A program made the translations under genes and the position numbers. Below are positions 19,876-29,961 of a DNA stretch of 64,000 nucleotides, piece by piece. Below the pieces are notes generated by a model. That model did no database searches and was not told the DNA's origin. It saw only the letters and a list, made by a program, of their open reading frames with translations. The DNA is taken from contig JBAWEP010000071.1 in NCBI GenBank assembly GCA_049591255.1, positions 7,786 through 71,785 on the forward strand, given 5' to 3'. This DNA is from Gaiellaceae bacterium (GTDB lineage Bacteria; Actinomycetota; Thermoleophilia; Gaiellales; Gaiellaceae). Within the stretch, counting starts at the first letter, position 1, and every line of letters starts with the position of its first letter.

Positions 19876-21501
19876 TCACCCAACAGGAACCATCCCGCCC
19901 AGATTCGAATGGAGTTTCACTCGCACCTTCGAGCCGTCGTTCAGCGTCGCGATGACCGCGGTGACGCTCTGGCCGCCGGCGAACTCCGCGTAGAACGCGT
20001 TGTTCTTAACTTCTACCGGAGCAGGTTCGCCGTTTACGACCATGTCGACGCGCCTCACCCGGTCCTGGGCAAACCCACCAATCTCGCTTTTCCCACGGCT
20101 GTCGTAGCCTTCCTCAAACAGGAAGATCGGCTTCGACCATTGCTCTTTCTCTGCGCAGCCAGTCGCGTCGCAGAAGTCGCCTGATTCGGTCTCCCATGCA
20201 TAAAGGGGTCCACCCGGCTCGCCCTTCTTCAACACGATTCTCCTCGAGCCCGGGACGACCGGTCCGCTTCGATATTTGACCCGTGGAACCTCTTCCTTCT
20301 CGAAAAGAGGAGGAAACACAGCCTCCCGAGCACCCGTTGCAAAGAGGCTGTATTCGTCGGCAGGCATGTAGCCCGGCGCTTTGCCAACGATCGTGATTGG
20401 GGCCACCGCCATCGGCGGGTGTGCTTCGGGGAAAGCCGCGTCCAGTTGCCATCCGAGCCCGCCCTTCGCGTCAACAGCCCTCATCGACGCGGGAAGCTCC
20501 ATGGCGAAGGTCACCGTCTCTCCGGGATCCACCTGATCGACGGAGTGGCAGTTGAGGACGTAGTGGCCGTAGACGAACCCGCCACCAAGCGGAAGGGCCG
20601 GATCGAAGGGCGCCATGCTCGCTTCCTCGAGATATGCAGGGCAGTTGTCGCCGAAGCGGTAGGGGCTCGAGCTCGTGTTGGTGAGCGCGATCCGGTAGTG
20701 GAACGCCTTGCCCTGCTCGTAGACGAGAGGCTCTCCATCGTTTTCGGGGAGGATCTTCGGGCGCAGGGGGAAGTTTGGCCCCACCGGAGGCGGCGCTCCG
20801 TGCGCCGTTCCGAACACAAGCCGCGACGGTTGCGCCGGATCGACACACGCGGGCAGCTTGGTGACCGGAAGAGTGAACTTACTACCGTTCGGTATCTCGA
20901 AATCGAGGGCGAGCCCGGCGGAATCCGGGCCGCACCAGTTCTGCCAACCGAACGATACAGCCGAGTTGTTTGGCGGCTCAGAGTCGCGCCCAAGCAAAGT
21001 CTGGTCAGCGCCGCCTGAGCCGAACAGAGTCTTGTCGGCTTCTGTCAGCTTGGCGACCGGGCTGAACATCTCGATCCGTAATTGCGCGCTATCGGCGCCG
21101 GTGAGCGAGACCTTTGGTTGTCCCTCGAGGGCACAGAGCTTGTCGCCGGTGTTGATCAGCGCGATCGATCCCGACAGCTCACGAGATCCGCTGCCCTGGT
21201 GGAGAATGAGCTTCGCCTGGACGTCACTCGCCTTGCAGATCGGGTAAATCGTCGGAGGAATCGGCTTCGCCGCCTCACCGAGCCAGGGGATGATCCCAGT
21301 GCTTGCACCGGCCGCCCCAACAGCCAGAACAAGCACGCCCGCGACGAGAAGCACTCGGCGCTGCGACCAGTGCCACAGCGTCCGGCTCATTCCCGCTCGC
21401 TCGCGCACCTCGAGCCAGTCGGCGCACCCGTCGTCGTCGAGCGCCTTCTTGAGCCGATAGGAGAGCTGCCGGTCCAGGTTGTCTGACTTCTGCCTCTTCA
21501 T
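19876..21501 (-). CDS. single-pass membrane protein coupled to an ECF sigma, with large Cys-containing ectodomain (DUF4232-like segments)
   Basis: ATG at 21501 shares one nt with the sigma stop (TGATG). Cytoplasmic segment of about 55 aa, one TM (VLLVAGVLVLAVGAAGA), then an ectodomain of about 465 aa with segments such as C..ASD....L.....GS......I.L.N.G...C.L.G.P.V.L. Confidence 0.65.
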   Translation of the reverse strand: MKRQKSDNLDRQLSYRLKKALDDDGCADWLEVRERAGMSRTLWHWSQRRVLLVAGVLVLAVGAAGASTGIIPWLGEAAKPIPPTIYPICKASDVQAKLILHQGSGSRELSGSIALINTGDKLCALEGQPKVSLTGADSAQLRIEMFSPVAKLTEADKTLFGSGGADQTLLGRDSEPPNNSAVSFGWQNWCGPDSAGLALDFEIPNGSKFTLPVTKLPACVDPAQPSRLVFGTAHGAPPPVGPNFPLRPKILPENDGEPLVYEQGKAFHYRIALTNTSSSPYRFGDNCPAYLEEASMAPFDPALPLGGGFVYGHYVLNCHSVDQVDPGETVTFAMELPASMRAVDAKGGLGWQLDAAFPEAHPPMAVAPITIVGKAPGYMPADEYSLFATGAREAVFPPLFEKEEVPRVKYRSGPVVPGSRRIVLKKGEPGGPLYAWETESGDFCDATGCAEKEQWSKPIFLFEEGYDSRGKSEIGGFAQDRVRRVDMVVNGEPAPVEVKNNAFYAEFAGGQSVTAVIATLNDGSKVRVKLHSNLGGMVPVG

Positions 21502-22004
21502 CACTCCGTCGCCTCCCGCGCCTCGCACGGTTCCGGTTCCGAGCAGCTGAGCGACGCGGCCAGTGCGGCCTTCGCCTGCGCCAGCGTCGCGGCCACCGTT
21601 CCCTCGCTTATCTCGCAGACACGAGCGATCTCGCGGTAATCGAGATCGGCGATGTAGCGGAGAAAGACCACCAGCCGCCGGCGCGGAGACAACTCCTTGA
21701 GCACCGCCGCCAGCTCTTCGTCTCGCTCGGGCTGGGGGAGCTCGGGCTCGAACGCATCGGCCAGCTCGACCTCGTTCGCGCTCCTGCGCATCTCGAATGC
21801 AACCCGCAGGGCGATCTTCCAGATCCAGGCCTCGAGCGGCCCGTCTCCCCGAAAATCGGCCCGGCTCTTCAGCGCCCGGGCGAAGCTCTCCTGCACCACG
21901 TCGTGAGCGAGCTCGTAACTGCCCACGATGCCAGCCAGCGCGCCGCGAAAGCTCTGGTAGCGACGGCTGTAGACATCCTCGATCGCCCGCGTCTGCCTAT
22001 CCAT
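21501..22004 (-). CDS. ECF-type RNA polymerase sigma-70 factor
   Basis: 167 aa with region 2 (HDVVQESFARAL..EAWIWKIALR) and region 4 HTH (LDYREIARVCEISEGTVAATLAQAK). Confidence 0.88.
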   Translation of the reverse strand: MDRQTRAIEDVYSRRYQSFRGALAGIVGSYELAHDVVQESFARALKSRADFRGDGPLEAWIWKIALRVAFEMRRSANEVELADAFEPELPQPERDEELAAVLKELSPRRRLVVFLRYIADLDYREIARVCEISEGTVAATLAQAKAALAASLSCSEPEPCEAREATE

Positions 22005-22037
22005 GTGCCAGAGAGAGGGCAGGCGCGGTTCCTTTCT

Positions 22038-22523
22038 TTAGCGGGGAAGGTCTTTCGCCATCTCGTAGTACTCGAGGTGCTGGCCGGGGGCGACCTCGTA
22101 GTCCTCCTCCGTGACGATCTCGTAGCCGAGGCGCAGGTAGAAGTCCTTCGCCGGCAGCGAGGCGCTCAGGTCGAGCCGTTCGACTCCCGCCGCGAGCGCG
22201 CCGGCTTGGAGCTCCGCCATGATCGTCTGCCCGATCCCGCGGCGCTGCCAGGTTGGATGGACGAAGACTCGCCTGACGTTCGTGCCGATTCGAGTTCCGG
22301 TGGCGATCAGCTTCCCATCCGAGTGCACGACGACCGTGTGCCCGGAGGCCGCGTCGGCGATTACTACGGCACGCTCGTGGTACTGGTGGAAGAACTCGAT
22401 CACGCGCGACGAGTAGACCGAGGCATAGCTGGTCTCGATCGTCTCGCGCACCAGCTCGCAAACCTCGTCGAGATCGTCCTCGCGGTAGCGTCTGACCTGC
22501 GGCTTCTCGGGCTGCGCGCTCAT
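22038..22523 (-). CDS. GNAT family N-acetyltransferase
   Basis: Start trimmed to MSAQPEKPQVRRYRE.. (ATGA overlap with the NfeD stop). Acetyl-CoA motif VHPTWQRRGIGQTIM. Confidence 0.85.
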   Translation of the reverse strand: MSAQPEKPQVRRYREDDLDEVCELVRETIETSYASVYSSRVIEFFHQYHERAVVIADAASGHTVVVHSDGKLIATGTRIGTNVRRVFVHPTWQRRGIGQTIMAELQAGALAAGVERLDLSASLPAKDFYLRLGYEIVTEEDYEVAPGQHLEYYEMAKDLPR

Positions 22524-22849
22524 GAGGCGGCGTCTCGCTCGACGATCAGGGTCGACCCGTCGATCGCCGTTATCCGCACGCGCTCGCCGATGTCCGCACC
22601 GTCGGCGCAGACGGCATCCCAACGCTCGCCCTTGAAGCTGACGCGGCCGCGTGGACGGCAGGGCTCGATCACCCTGACCGTGCTGCCGATCATCTGCCCG
22701 GCGCTCGTCGCGGACCTACGCCGGCGCGAATACCAGATTCCGAAGACCACCTCACCGGCCTCACCGACAAGCCCGAAGACCAGCACGAGCCCATTCCAGG
22801 GCGCCGGCAGAACGAACAGTGCGAGGGCGATCGCGGTCAGCAGCAACAT
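22520..22849 (-). CDS. NfeD-family protein (short form: TM hairpin plus C-terminal OB fold)
   Basis: 109 aa. Two N-terminal hydrophobic helices, then ..GSTVRVIEP..GRVSFKGERWDAVC..IGERVRITAIDGSTLIV. Confidence 0.75.
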   Translation of the reverse strand: MLLLTAIALALFVLPAPWNGLVLVFGLVGEAGEVVFGIWYSRRRRSATSAGQMIGSTVRVIEPCRPRGRVSFKGERWDAVCADGADIGERVRITAIDGSTLIVERDAAS

Positions 22850-22995
22850 GCGAACAGCCTAGTCCGCCGCGAGGCGACGTTCGTGGCTGAGACGTCTTTG
22901 CTGCGTACCGGGGCATTCTCTACTCGACCCGCCACCAGAGCGCGGAGCGGAATGAAGACCCGCCGACTGGGTGCGATCGGTGAATGCAAGGCTGG

Positions 22996-23083
22996 GACGT
23001 AGCGCCCGAGTTAGTAGCCGGCGGCTACGGGCGCGACCGGGGACGCGGCTCGAAAGCCGACGCCTCGCGCCGCCGAGCGCGGC
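22996..23083 (+). repeat. structured repeat element, copy X
   Basis: The plus strand carries the same two conserved blocks as copy Y, with a longer variable hairpin between them (GGGGACGCGGCUCGAAAGCCGACGCCUC). It lies in the 415-nt non-coding gap between rplQ and the NfeD gene. Confidence 0.6.
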
Positions 23084-23264
23084 TGTGGAGTGCTTCGTTT
23101 CGCGGCACTTCTCACTTCGCCCGCCACCGAGCCACCCGCCCGCGGGGTGGCTGAAAAGTAGCGATTTGAGCGGGCAAGAAACGCACCCGAGTGTGCTGAC
23201 TTCGTGTCGATCCACACCGCGATCGCGCTCGATAGCGCTCCCTGCTCGCGAAATGTGGCGCTCG

Positions 23265-23639
23265 CTAGAGGTTCGAGCCGGGAACGTAGTCGACGAGCTC
23301 GAGATAGACCATGTTGGCAGCGTCGCCCTGCCTGGGCCCGATCTTGACTATGCGCGAGTAGCCACCCGGACGATCGGCGAAACGCGGCGCAACCTCGCTG
23401 AAGAGGATGTGCACGACGTCGACCGAGCGCAGCTTGGAGATGGCCAGCCTGCGAGCGGCCAGATCGCCCTGCCGACCGAGCGTGATCATCTGCTCGGCAA
23501 ACGGCTTGACGGCCTTGGCCTTGGCCTCGGTCGTCTTGATCCGCCCGTGCTCGATCAGCGCGCAGGCCAGGTTCGCGTAGAGCGCGTGCCTATGCGCAGA
23601 GTCGCGTCCGAGCTTCTTGCCTTTGTTCTGATGTCGCAT
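23265..23639 (-). CDS. rplQ: 50S ribosomal protein L17
   Basis: MRHQNKGKKLGRDSAHRHAL.. canonical bL17. Confidence 0.97.
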   Translation of the reverse strand: MRHQNKGKKLGRDSAHRHALYANLACALIEHGRIKTTEAKAKAVKPFAEQMITLGRQGDLAARRLAISKLRSVDVVHILFSEVAPRFADRPGGYSRIVKIGPRQGDAANMVYLELVDYVPGSNL

Positions 23640-23652
23640 CGTCCCGGAACCT

Positions 23653-24621
23653 CTAGTCCTCGCCGCGCAGGTTCAGGCCATGAGCCGCGAGCGTCTCCTT
23701 GACCTCTTCGATCGACTTCTTGCCGAAGTTCGGGATCGCGCCCAGCTCGACCTCGGTCTTGGAGACGAGATCGCCGATGGTCTCGATGCCGACGCGCTTG
23801 AGGCAGTTGTACGAACGAACGCCCAGCTCGAGCTCCTCGATTGGGAAGTTCTCCATCCCGTGAGTAACCGTTGCCTCCGGCGTCGCCTCCGCGGCCGCGA
23901 CCTGCGTCAGTCCCTCGATCTTCTCCACGTCGGTGAAGATGGCGAGCTGGCGAATCAGGATCTCCGCCCCCTGCGCAACCGCTTCACGCGGGTCGATCGA
24001 GCCGTCGGTGGTGATGTCCAGACGAAGCTTGTCGTAGTCGGTGCGCTGACCGACGCGAGCGGCTTCGACGTCATAGGCGACGCGACGAACCGGCGAGAAG
24101 ATCGAGTCGACCGGAATGACTCCGATCGTGTGCTCGGGCCCGCGATTGAGCTCGGCCGGTACGTAGCCGCGGCCGCGCCCGATCGTCAGCGTCAGCTCGA
24201 GCTTGCCGCGATCGGATAGATGAGCAAGCTCCAGCTCGGGATTGAGCAGCTCGAGATCGGCCGGGGCCTCGAGATCGCCGGCCGTAACCGGGCCAGGCCC
24301 CTTCTTCGAGAGCCGAACCTCGATCTCGGGCGAGTCGCCGTAGAGGCGACAGATCAGGTTCTTCAGGTTGAGGACGATGTCTGTCACGTCCTCGCGTACT
24401 CCCGGGATGGTTGTGAACTCGTGTGCGACTCCCTCGATCTTCACCGAGGTGACGGCGGCGCCCTCTAACGAGGAGAGCAGCACGCGCCGAAGTGAGTTCC
24501 CGAATGTGTAGCCGAAGCCGCGATCGAGTGGCTCGATCACGAAGATGCCGCGGCGCTCGTCCACTTCCTCGTGGACGATCTTGGGAACCTGGAATTCCAT
24601 GAGGCTCGTGCGAGTAGCCAA
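23653..24621 (-). CDS. rpoA: DNA-directed RNA polymerase subunit alpha
   Basis: IEPLDRGFGYTFGNSLRRVLLSS.. and a C-terminal CTD (ELGVRSYNCLKR). A TTG start at 24621 has an upstream GGAA-rich SD. The alternative ATG at 24600 (MEFQVPK..) cannot be excluded. Confidence 0.95.
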   Translation of the reverse strand: MATRTSLMEFQVPKIVHEEVDERRGIFVIEPLDRGFGYTFGNSLRRVLLSSLEGAAVTSVKIEGVAHEFTTIPGVREDVTDIVLNLKNLICRLYGDSPEIEVRLSKKGPGPVTAGDLEAPADLELLNPELELAHLSDRGKLELTLTIGRGRGYVPAELNRGPEHTIGVIPVDSIFSPVRRVAYDVEAARVGQRTDYDKLRLDITTDGSIDPREAVAQGAEILIRQLAIFTDVEKIEGLTQVAAAEATPEATVTHGMENFPIEELELGVRSYNCLKRVGIETIGDLVSKTEVELGAIPNFGKKSIEEVKETLAAHGLNLRGED

Positions 24622-24663
24622 GTTGCCGTTCCTTTCCCTCTCCCTAAAACGTGTCCCGGTCGG

Positions 24664-25284
24664 TTACTTCGAATAGAGCTCGACGATTAATGATTCCTGC
24701 ACCTGGGTGTCGATCTCCTCGCGCTCAGGCAAGCGCAAAATCGTTCCCGTCAGACCTTCGTGGTCGGCCTGCATCCAGCCCGGCACCGAGGCGGTGAGAT
24801 CGGTGGCGTCTCGGATCAGCGGCTCCGCGTCGGAGCCCGGCTTCACCATGATCACGTCCTCGGGCTTGAGCTGGTAGCTGGGGATGTTGACGCGTCGCCC
24901 GTTCACCTGGAAGTGACCGTGGCGGACGAGTTGGCGGGCCTGCGAGCGCGACGAGGCGAAGCCGAGGCGCGTGACCACGTTGTCCAGCCTGGTCTCGAGC
25001 AGGCGCAGCAGGGTCTCGCCGGTGATGCCCGAACCGCGCGCCGCCTTCTGGTAGTAGCCGCGGAACTGCTTCTCGAGCAGTCCGTAGTAGCGGCGTGCCT
25101 TCTGCTTCTCGCGCAGCTGGAGCAGATACTCGCTCTGCTTGATGCGACCGCGCCCGTGCTCGCCCGGTGGGTAGCTGCGTCGCTCGACCGCACACTTCTC
25201 GGTCAGGCAGCGCTCGCCCTTGAGGAAGAGCTTGAGGCCCTCGCGGCGGCACTGCTTGCACTTTGGTCCCAGATTCCGTGCCAT
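24664..25284 (-). CDS. rpsD: 30S ribosomal protein S4 (Cys4 zinc-finger type)
   Basis: [31 protein letters not shown].. canonical uS4. Confidence 0.97.
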   Translation of the reverse strand: MARNLGPKCKQCRREGLKLFLKGERCLTEKCAVERRSYPPGEHGRGRIKQSEYLLQLREKQKARRYYGLLEKQFRGYYQKAARGSGITGETLLRLLETRLDNVVTRLGFASSRSQARQLVRHGHFQVNGRRVNIPSYQLKPEDVIMVKPGSDAEPLIRDATDLTASVPGWMQADHEGLTGTILRLPEREEIDTQVQESLIVELYSK

Positions 25285-25288
25285 CGCG

Positions 25289-25690
25289 TTACACCCTGCG
25301 CCGTTTCTTCTGGCGGACGCCGTTGTGAGCCTGCGGCGTTACGTCTTTCACCGAGAGAATCTCCAGCCCGGCGGCCTGAAGCGAGCGAATGGCCGTCTCA
25401 CGACCCGATCCGGGGCCCTTGACGAAGACCTCGACCTTCTGCAAGCCGTGCTCCATGCCCTTACGCGCGGCAGAGTCGGCCGTCACCTGCGCCGCGAACG
25501 GCGTCGACTTGCGCGAGCCCTTGAAGCCCGCCGAGCCGGCCGATTCCCAGACGATGACAGCGCCTTCGCGATCGGTCAGCGCGACGATCGTGTTGTTGAA
25601 CGACGTCTTGATGTGCGCCTGGCCGATTGCGATGTTCTTCTTGACGCGGCGGCGAGTCCGGCCGCGCGTCGGTTTTCTCGGAGGTGCCAA
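25289..25690 (-). CDS. rpsK: 30S ribosomal protein S11
   Basis: ..[20 protein letters not shown]..; TTG start directly after the rpsM stop. Confidence 0.95.
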   Translation of the reverse strand: MAPPRKPTRGRTRRRVKKNIAIGQAHIKTSFNNTIVALTDREGAVIVWESAGSAGFKGSRKSTPFAAQVTADSAARKGMEHGLQKVEVFVKGPGSGRETAIRSLQAAGLEILSVKDVTPQAHNGVRQKKRRRV

Positions 25691-26065
25691 CTATTTCCCC
25701 TTCTTGCCTTTGCCGATCAGCTTTTTCGGTCCCTTGCGAGTGCGTGCGTTCGTCTTCGTCCTCTGACCGTTCACCGGCAAGCCGCGGCGGTGGCGGATCC
25801 CGCGATAGCAGGCGATCTCGATCAGTCGCTTGATCGATTGCTGACGTTCGCGACGAAGATCGCCCTCGACCTCGAGATTCTGGTCGATGTAGTTGCGAAG
25901 CTTGGTTACTTCCTCGTCGGTGAGGTCGCGCACCTTGGTGTCGGGCGAGAGCCCGAGATCGGTGCAGATCTTGAGCGACGTCGAACGCCCCACACCGAAG
26001 ATGTAGGTCAGCCCGACTTCGAGTCGCTTCTGATTCGGCAGATTGACGCCGGCGATACGTGCCAT
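25691..26065 (-). CDS. rpsM: 30S ribosomal protein S13
   Basis: [26 protein letters not shown].. Confidence 0.97.
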   Translation of the reverse strand: MARIAGVNLPNQKRLEVGLTYIFGVGRSTSLKICTDLGLSPDTKVRDLTDEEVTKLRNYIDQNLEVEGDLRRERQQSIKRLIEIACYRGIRHRRGLPVNGQRTKTNARTRKGPKKLIGKGKKGK

Positions 26066-26077
26066 CGACTGATTCCC

Positions 26078-26191
26078 CTTACCCTTGCCGCTGCTTGTGA
26101 CGCGGATTCGAGCAAATCACCATTACGACACCGTGACGCTTGATGACGCGGCAACGCTCGCAGATCGGTTTTACGGAGGGACGTACTTTCA
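26078..26191 (-). CDS. rpmJ: 50S ribosomal protein L36 (Cys3His type)
   Basis: Not in the ORF track (shorter than 60 aa). Hand translation of the minus strand gives [37 protein letters not shown] followed by a stop. Confidence 0.93.
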
Positions 26192-26198
26192 TTTTTTT

Positions 26199-26420
26199 TT
26201 ACCTGTGCCTGTAGGTGATCCGGCCGCGTGTCAGGTCGTAAGGCGAGAGCTCGACCTTTACCTTGTCGCCGGGGAGGATTCGAATGTAGTGCTTGCGCAT
26301 CTTTCCTGAGATGGTCGCAAGCACGCTGTGTCCGCCATCTACCTGCACCCGAAACATCGTGCTCGGAAGCGCTTCGACGACCTCGCCCTCGACCTCGATT
26401 TTCTCTTCGCTCTTCGCCAT
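26199..26420 (-). CDS. infA: translation initiation factor IF-1
   Basis: Start trimmed to [19 protein letters not shown].. with a GAGAAGG SD upstream. S1-like OB fold. Confidence 0.95.
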   Translation of the reverse strand: MAKSEEKIEVEGEVVEALPSTMFRVQVDGGHSVLATISGKMRKHYIRILPGDKVKVELSPYDLTRGRITYRHR

Positions 26421-26547
26421 CCTTCTCACGGAAACCGCGCTCAGCTGAGCGCGGTGATGCCTGCGGTACGCGCGCGCACTTGGACGCTCTGCGCCGCGGC
26501 AGCGAATCGTAGCAGCTACGGCCGCATCGTCGCACTCCTCGACGTCG

Positions 26548-27336
26548 TCAGGCCGCCGAAAGTCCGGCTATCCGGGCCAGATCGACGTCGGGAGCCGCCG
26601 TGAGGATGAAGGGTCCGCTTTCGGTGATCGCAATCGAGTGCTCGAAGTGCGCAGCCAGTGAACCGTCGGCACTAGAGATCGACCACTCGTCTTCGTGCAC
26701 GAATACGTCCGGCGAGCCCGCCGTGATCATCGGCTCGATCGCCAGCGTCATGCCGACCTTCAGCTCCGGGCCCCGCCCCGGCTCGCCGTAGTTGGGAATC
26801 TGCGGATCTTCGTGCATGGCGCGGCCAACACCGTGCCCGACGAGCGTGCGTATGACCGAAAAGCCCGCATTTTCGGTGGTTTGCTGCACCGCGTGGGAGA
26901 TGTCGCTGAGCCTGTTACCGGCTCGCGCGCGCTCCACTCCCGCCGCGAGCGCCGCCCGGCAGGTCTCGAGAAGCTCGAGCGCCGCCGGATCGGCCTCGCC
27001 GACCGGAAATGTGAAGGCGCCGTCGCCGACGAAGCCGTTCAGCGTCACGCCGACATCGACCGAAAGAATGTCCCCCTCGGCGAGCGAGTATGCGCCGGGA
27101 ATGCCATGCACGACCATCGAGTTCGGCGAGGCGCAGATCGAGGCCGGGTAGCCGCGGTAGCCCTTGAAGGTCGGCTCGGCACCGTGCGAGCGAATGAACT
27201 CCTCGGCCAGGGCGTCGAGCTCGGCGGTGGTTACGCCCGGCGCGATCGCCTTCCCGACGACGGCCAACGTGCGGGCGACCAGTTCGCCGGACTTCGCCAT
27301 CCGCTCGACCTCAGACGGCGACTTCCTGATGATCAT
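26548..27336 (-). CDS. map: type I methionine aminopeptidase
   Basis: 262 aa. Has ..[14 protein letters not shown].. and ..[10 protein letters not shown].. metal-ligand context. ATGA overlap with the adk stop. Confidence 0.95.
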   Translation of the reverse strand: MIIRKSPSEVERMAKSGELVARTLAVVGKAIAPGVTTAELDALAEEFIRSHGAEPTFKGYRGYPASICASPNSMVVHGIPGAYSLAEGDILSVDVGVTLNGFVGDGAFTFPVGEADPAALELLETCRAALAAGVERARAGNRLSDISHAVQQTTENAGFSVIRTLVGHGVGRAMHEDPQIPNYGEPGRGPELKVGMTLAIEPMITAGSPDVFVHEDEWSISSADGSLAAHFEHSIAITESGPFILTAAPDVDLARIAGLSAA

Positions 27337-27914
27337 TTCAGGACGCCGGCGAGCACGCGCTCGATCTCGGCAAACACCTCGTCCATACCGGGCGAGGAAT
27401 CGATCGCGACGAGGATTCCCGTGCTGCGGTAGTAGTTGGAGAGCGGTTCGGTCTGGCGGCGATAGACCTCGAACCGATTCTTGATCACTTCTGGGGTGTC
27501 GTCGGCCCGGCCCTGGTCCGCGGCGCGCCCGAGCATGCGCTCCACGGCGGTCTCCTCGCCCAGCTCCAGCTCGAGCACTATCTCCAGCGGGCGGGCGAGC
27601 TCGCTCAGAAGCGAGTCCAGCGCCTCGGCCTGGCCGATCGTGCGCGGAAAGCCGTCGAGGACGAAACCGTTTTGCGCGTCGGGCTGAGCCAGCCGCTCGC
27701 GGATGACCTCCACGACTAGCTCGTCGGGGACGAGTGCTCCGCTCTCGACGATCTCCTTCACCTTCTGACCCAGCTCGGAGCCGGCGGCGATCGCGCCGCG
27801 CAGCATCTCGCCGGTCGAGATGTGTGGAATCCCGTGCGTCTCGGCAATACGAACCGCCTGCGTTCCCTTGCCGGCGCCCGGAGCGCCCAGCATCACGATA
27901 TTCAGATCGCTCAT
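27333..27914 (-). CDS. adk: adenylate kinase (short-LID form)
   Basis: Start trimmed to MSDLNIVMLGAPGAGKGTQ (P-loop). 193 aa. ATGA overlap with the secY stop. Confidence 0.95.
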   Translation of the reverse strand: MSDLNIVMLGAPGAGKGTQAVRIAETHGIPHISTGEMLRGAIAAGSELGQKVKEIVESGALVPDELVVEVIRERLAQPDAQNGFVLDGFPRTIGQAEALDSLLSELARPLEIVLELELGEETAVERMLGRAADQGRADDTPEVIKNRFEVYRRQTEPLSNYYRSTGILVAIDSSPGMDEVFAEIERVLAGVLK

Positions 27915-29164
27915 TTCAAGAACCCTTCGTAGGAGCGTGCCATCATCTGCGATTCCATCTGCCGCATGGTGTCCAGGGCGACGCCGACGACGATCAGGAT
28001 GGAGGTTCCACCGAGCGCCCGGTGGGCGGCCTGGGAGAAGCCAAAGTACTTGATCACGAGCACCGGGAAGACCGCCACGAGCGCCAGGAAGAGCGAGCCA
28101 GGGAAGGTCAGGCGCGTCAGCACGCGGTCGAAATACTGCGCCGTGGGCGGGCCGGGCCGGATGCCGGGAACGTAGCCGCCGTTCTTGCGCAGGTTGTCGG
28201 CCTGGTCGAGCGGGTTGAACTGCACGGCCGTGTAGAAGAACGTGAAGCCGATGATCAACGCCGCCTCGAGGCTCAGGTAGAGCGTGCCGGTCGCCTGGAA
28301 GTGCGTGTTGATGAAGTGCTGCGTGCCCGGGAAGAAGAGGGCGATCGTCGGCGGGAAGGACATGATCGCGGCCGCGAAGATGACCGGGATGACGCCCGCC
28401 ATGTTCACGCGCAGCGGCATATACGTCGAGCCACCGCTCGTCGTGCGCCGGCCGACCACACGCTTCGCATACTGAATCGGGATCTTGCGCTGCCCCTCCT
28501 GAACGAAGACGACGGCCACGATGACGGCGAGTACAAGGATCGGGAAGAACAGCCGCTCGCTGGAGTTGCCGTTGATCCAGACCTGAAGGCCTCCGTAAAG
28601 GCCGTCGATGATCGAGGCGAACACGAGCAGCGAGATGCCGTTGCCGACGCCGCGCTTTGTGATCAGCTCGCCCATCCACATCAGCAGCACCGAGCCGGCC
28701 GTGAGCGTGAGGATGATCAGCATGAAACGACCGGCGTTGCCGGGCAGGTTGCCCTGGCGATGGAACAGGTACGTCCAGCCGATCGCCTGGATCAGAGACA
28801 GGGCGACGGTGAAGTAGCGCGTGTACTGGGTGATCTTTGCCTGGCCCGACTCGCCCTCTTTCTGGATTCGCTCCAGCTGAGGGACTGCCGCGGTCATCAG
28901 CTGCATGATGATCGAGGCCGTGATGTACGGCATGATCCCGAGCGCGAAGAGCGAGAACTTGGAGAGCGCGCCGCCCGAGAAGAGGTTGAGCAGGCTCAGG
29001 ACGGTGCCGCCCTGACCCTGGAAGGCCTCCTTGATCCGGTTGGAGTCGACGCCGGGGGCCGGCATCCAGGAGCCGAGCCGGTAGAGCGCAAGGATGACCG
29101 CGGTAAAGAGGACGCGCTTGCGAAGCTCACGAACCTTCCAGGCATTGGAGAGCCAGGAGAGCAT
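27911..29164 (-). CDS. secY: preprotein translocase subunit SecY
   Basis: 417 aa, 10-TM pattern, ..LGIMPYITASII.. signature. Confidence 0.97.
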   Translation of the reverse strand: MLSWLSNAWKVRELRKRVLFTAVILALYRLGSWMPAPGVDSNRIKEAFQGQGGTVLSLLNLFSGGALSKFSLFALGIMPYITASIIMQLMTAAVPQLERIQKEGESGQAKITQYTRYFTVALSLIQAIGWTYLFHRQGNLPGNAGRFMLIILTLTAGSVLLMWMGELITKRGVGNGISLLVFASIIDGLYGGLQVWINGNSSERLFFPILVLAVIVAVVFVQEGQRKIPIQYAKRVVGRRTTSGGSTYMPLRVNMAGVIPVIFAAAIMSFPPTIALFFPGTQHFINTHFQATGTLYLSLEAALIIGFTFFYTAVQFNPLDQADNLRKNGGYVPGIRPGPPTAQYFDRVLTRLTFPGSLFLALVAVFPVLVIKYFGFSQAAHRALGGTSILIVVGVALDTMRQMESQMMARSYEGFLK

Positions 29165-29173
29165 TCGTCCTCG

Positions 29174-29782
29174 CTACTCCGCCGCCGGCTCGGCGGCCGG
29201 CTTGGCGGCCGGCTCGGCGGCCGGGGCCTCGCCCGGAGCTTCCTCTTCGCTCGGCGCAGGCTTTGCCTTGGCGCGCTTCTTCGGCGCGGCCTTGACGACC
29301 GACTCGCGCAGGCATACGACCTTGCCGCCCGCCTTCTCGATCTTCTCCCTGGCGCCGGCCGAGAAGCGATGCGCCGTGACGGTCAACTTCTTCGTCAGCT
29401 CGCCGTCGCCGAGCACCTTGATGTCGACGCGGGTGTTCGAGACGAGCCCGTGCGCGAGCAAGAGCTCGGGGGTCACTTCGCTTCCGGCGTCAAAACGCTC
29501 GAGATCGCGAACGTTGACCGGCTGAGTCTCGGTGCGGAAGGGGCCGACGGGCATGGCGTCCTTGGACGTCGAGCCGCGCAGCTTGGGCAGGCGCATGGCC
29601 AGCGGCATCTGACCGCCTTCGAAGCCCGCCCGCATCTTGTGCGAGCCGGCACGCGACTTCTGCCCCTTTAGCCCGCGGCCCGAGTAGCGCCCCTTGCCGG
29701 AGCCCTGGCCACGGCCGACCCTCTTACGCGACTTGCGCGCCTGGGCCGGTGACAGGTTCGAAAGGTTGAGCTCGTCGGTCAT
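29174..29782 (-). CDS. rplO: 50S ribosomal protein L15 with Ala/Pro/Lys/Glu-rich C-terminal tail
   Basis: Start trimmed to [23 protein letters not shown] (ATGA overlap with the rpmD stop). A tail of about 40 aa reads [39 protein letters not shown]. Confidence 0.93.
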   Translation of the reverse strand: MTDELNLSNLSPAQARKSRKRVGRGQGSGKGRYSGRGLKGQKSRAGSHKMRAGFEGGQMPLAMRLPKLRGSTSKDAMPVGPFRTETQPVNVRDLERFDAGSEVTPELLLAHGLVSNTRVDIKVLGDGELTKKLTVTAHRFSAGAREKIEKAGGKVVCLRESVVKAAPKKRAKAKPAPSEEEAPGEAPAAEPAAKPAAEPAAE

Positions 29783-29961
29783 CGTGCTTCCTCGACCTTG
29801 ACGAGATGTTCGACCTGCCGGAGCATGCCGGTCAGCTCGGGGCTCTCTTCGTGCTCGACCGAGCGACCGATGCGTGTGAGCCCGAGCGCGCGCATCGTCC
29901 CGCGGTGGCGGGGGCTCTGAGTGATGATGCTCCTGATCTGAGTGATGCGCAGACGAGCCAT
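29779..29961 (-). CDS. rpmD: 50S ribosomal protein L30
   Basis: [28 protein letters not shown].. Confidence 0.95.
   Translation of the reverse strand: MARLRITQIRSIITQSPRHRGTMRALGLTRIGRSVEHEESPELTGMLRQVEHLVKVEEAR

Noticed and set aside
22850-23264. 415-nt gap between rplQ and nfeD, including the 118-aa ORF 22859-23215. Considered as a possible RNase P RNA, tmRNA, SRP RNA or 6S RNA gene.
   Set aside because: The ORF has no coding character. By eye I could not find RNase P GGAAAGUCCGG, a tmRNA tRNA-like end with T-arm GGUUCGA..CCA, or SRP GGAAG/AGCA motifs on either strand. Only repeat X is reportable. A proper covariance-model scan is still needed.
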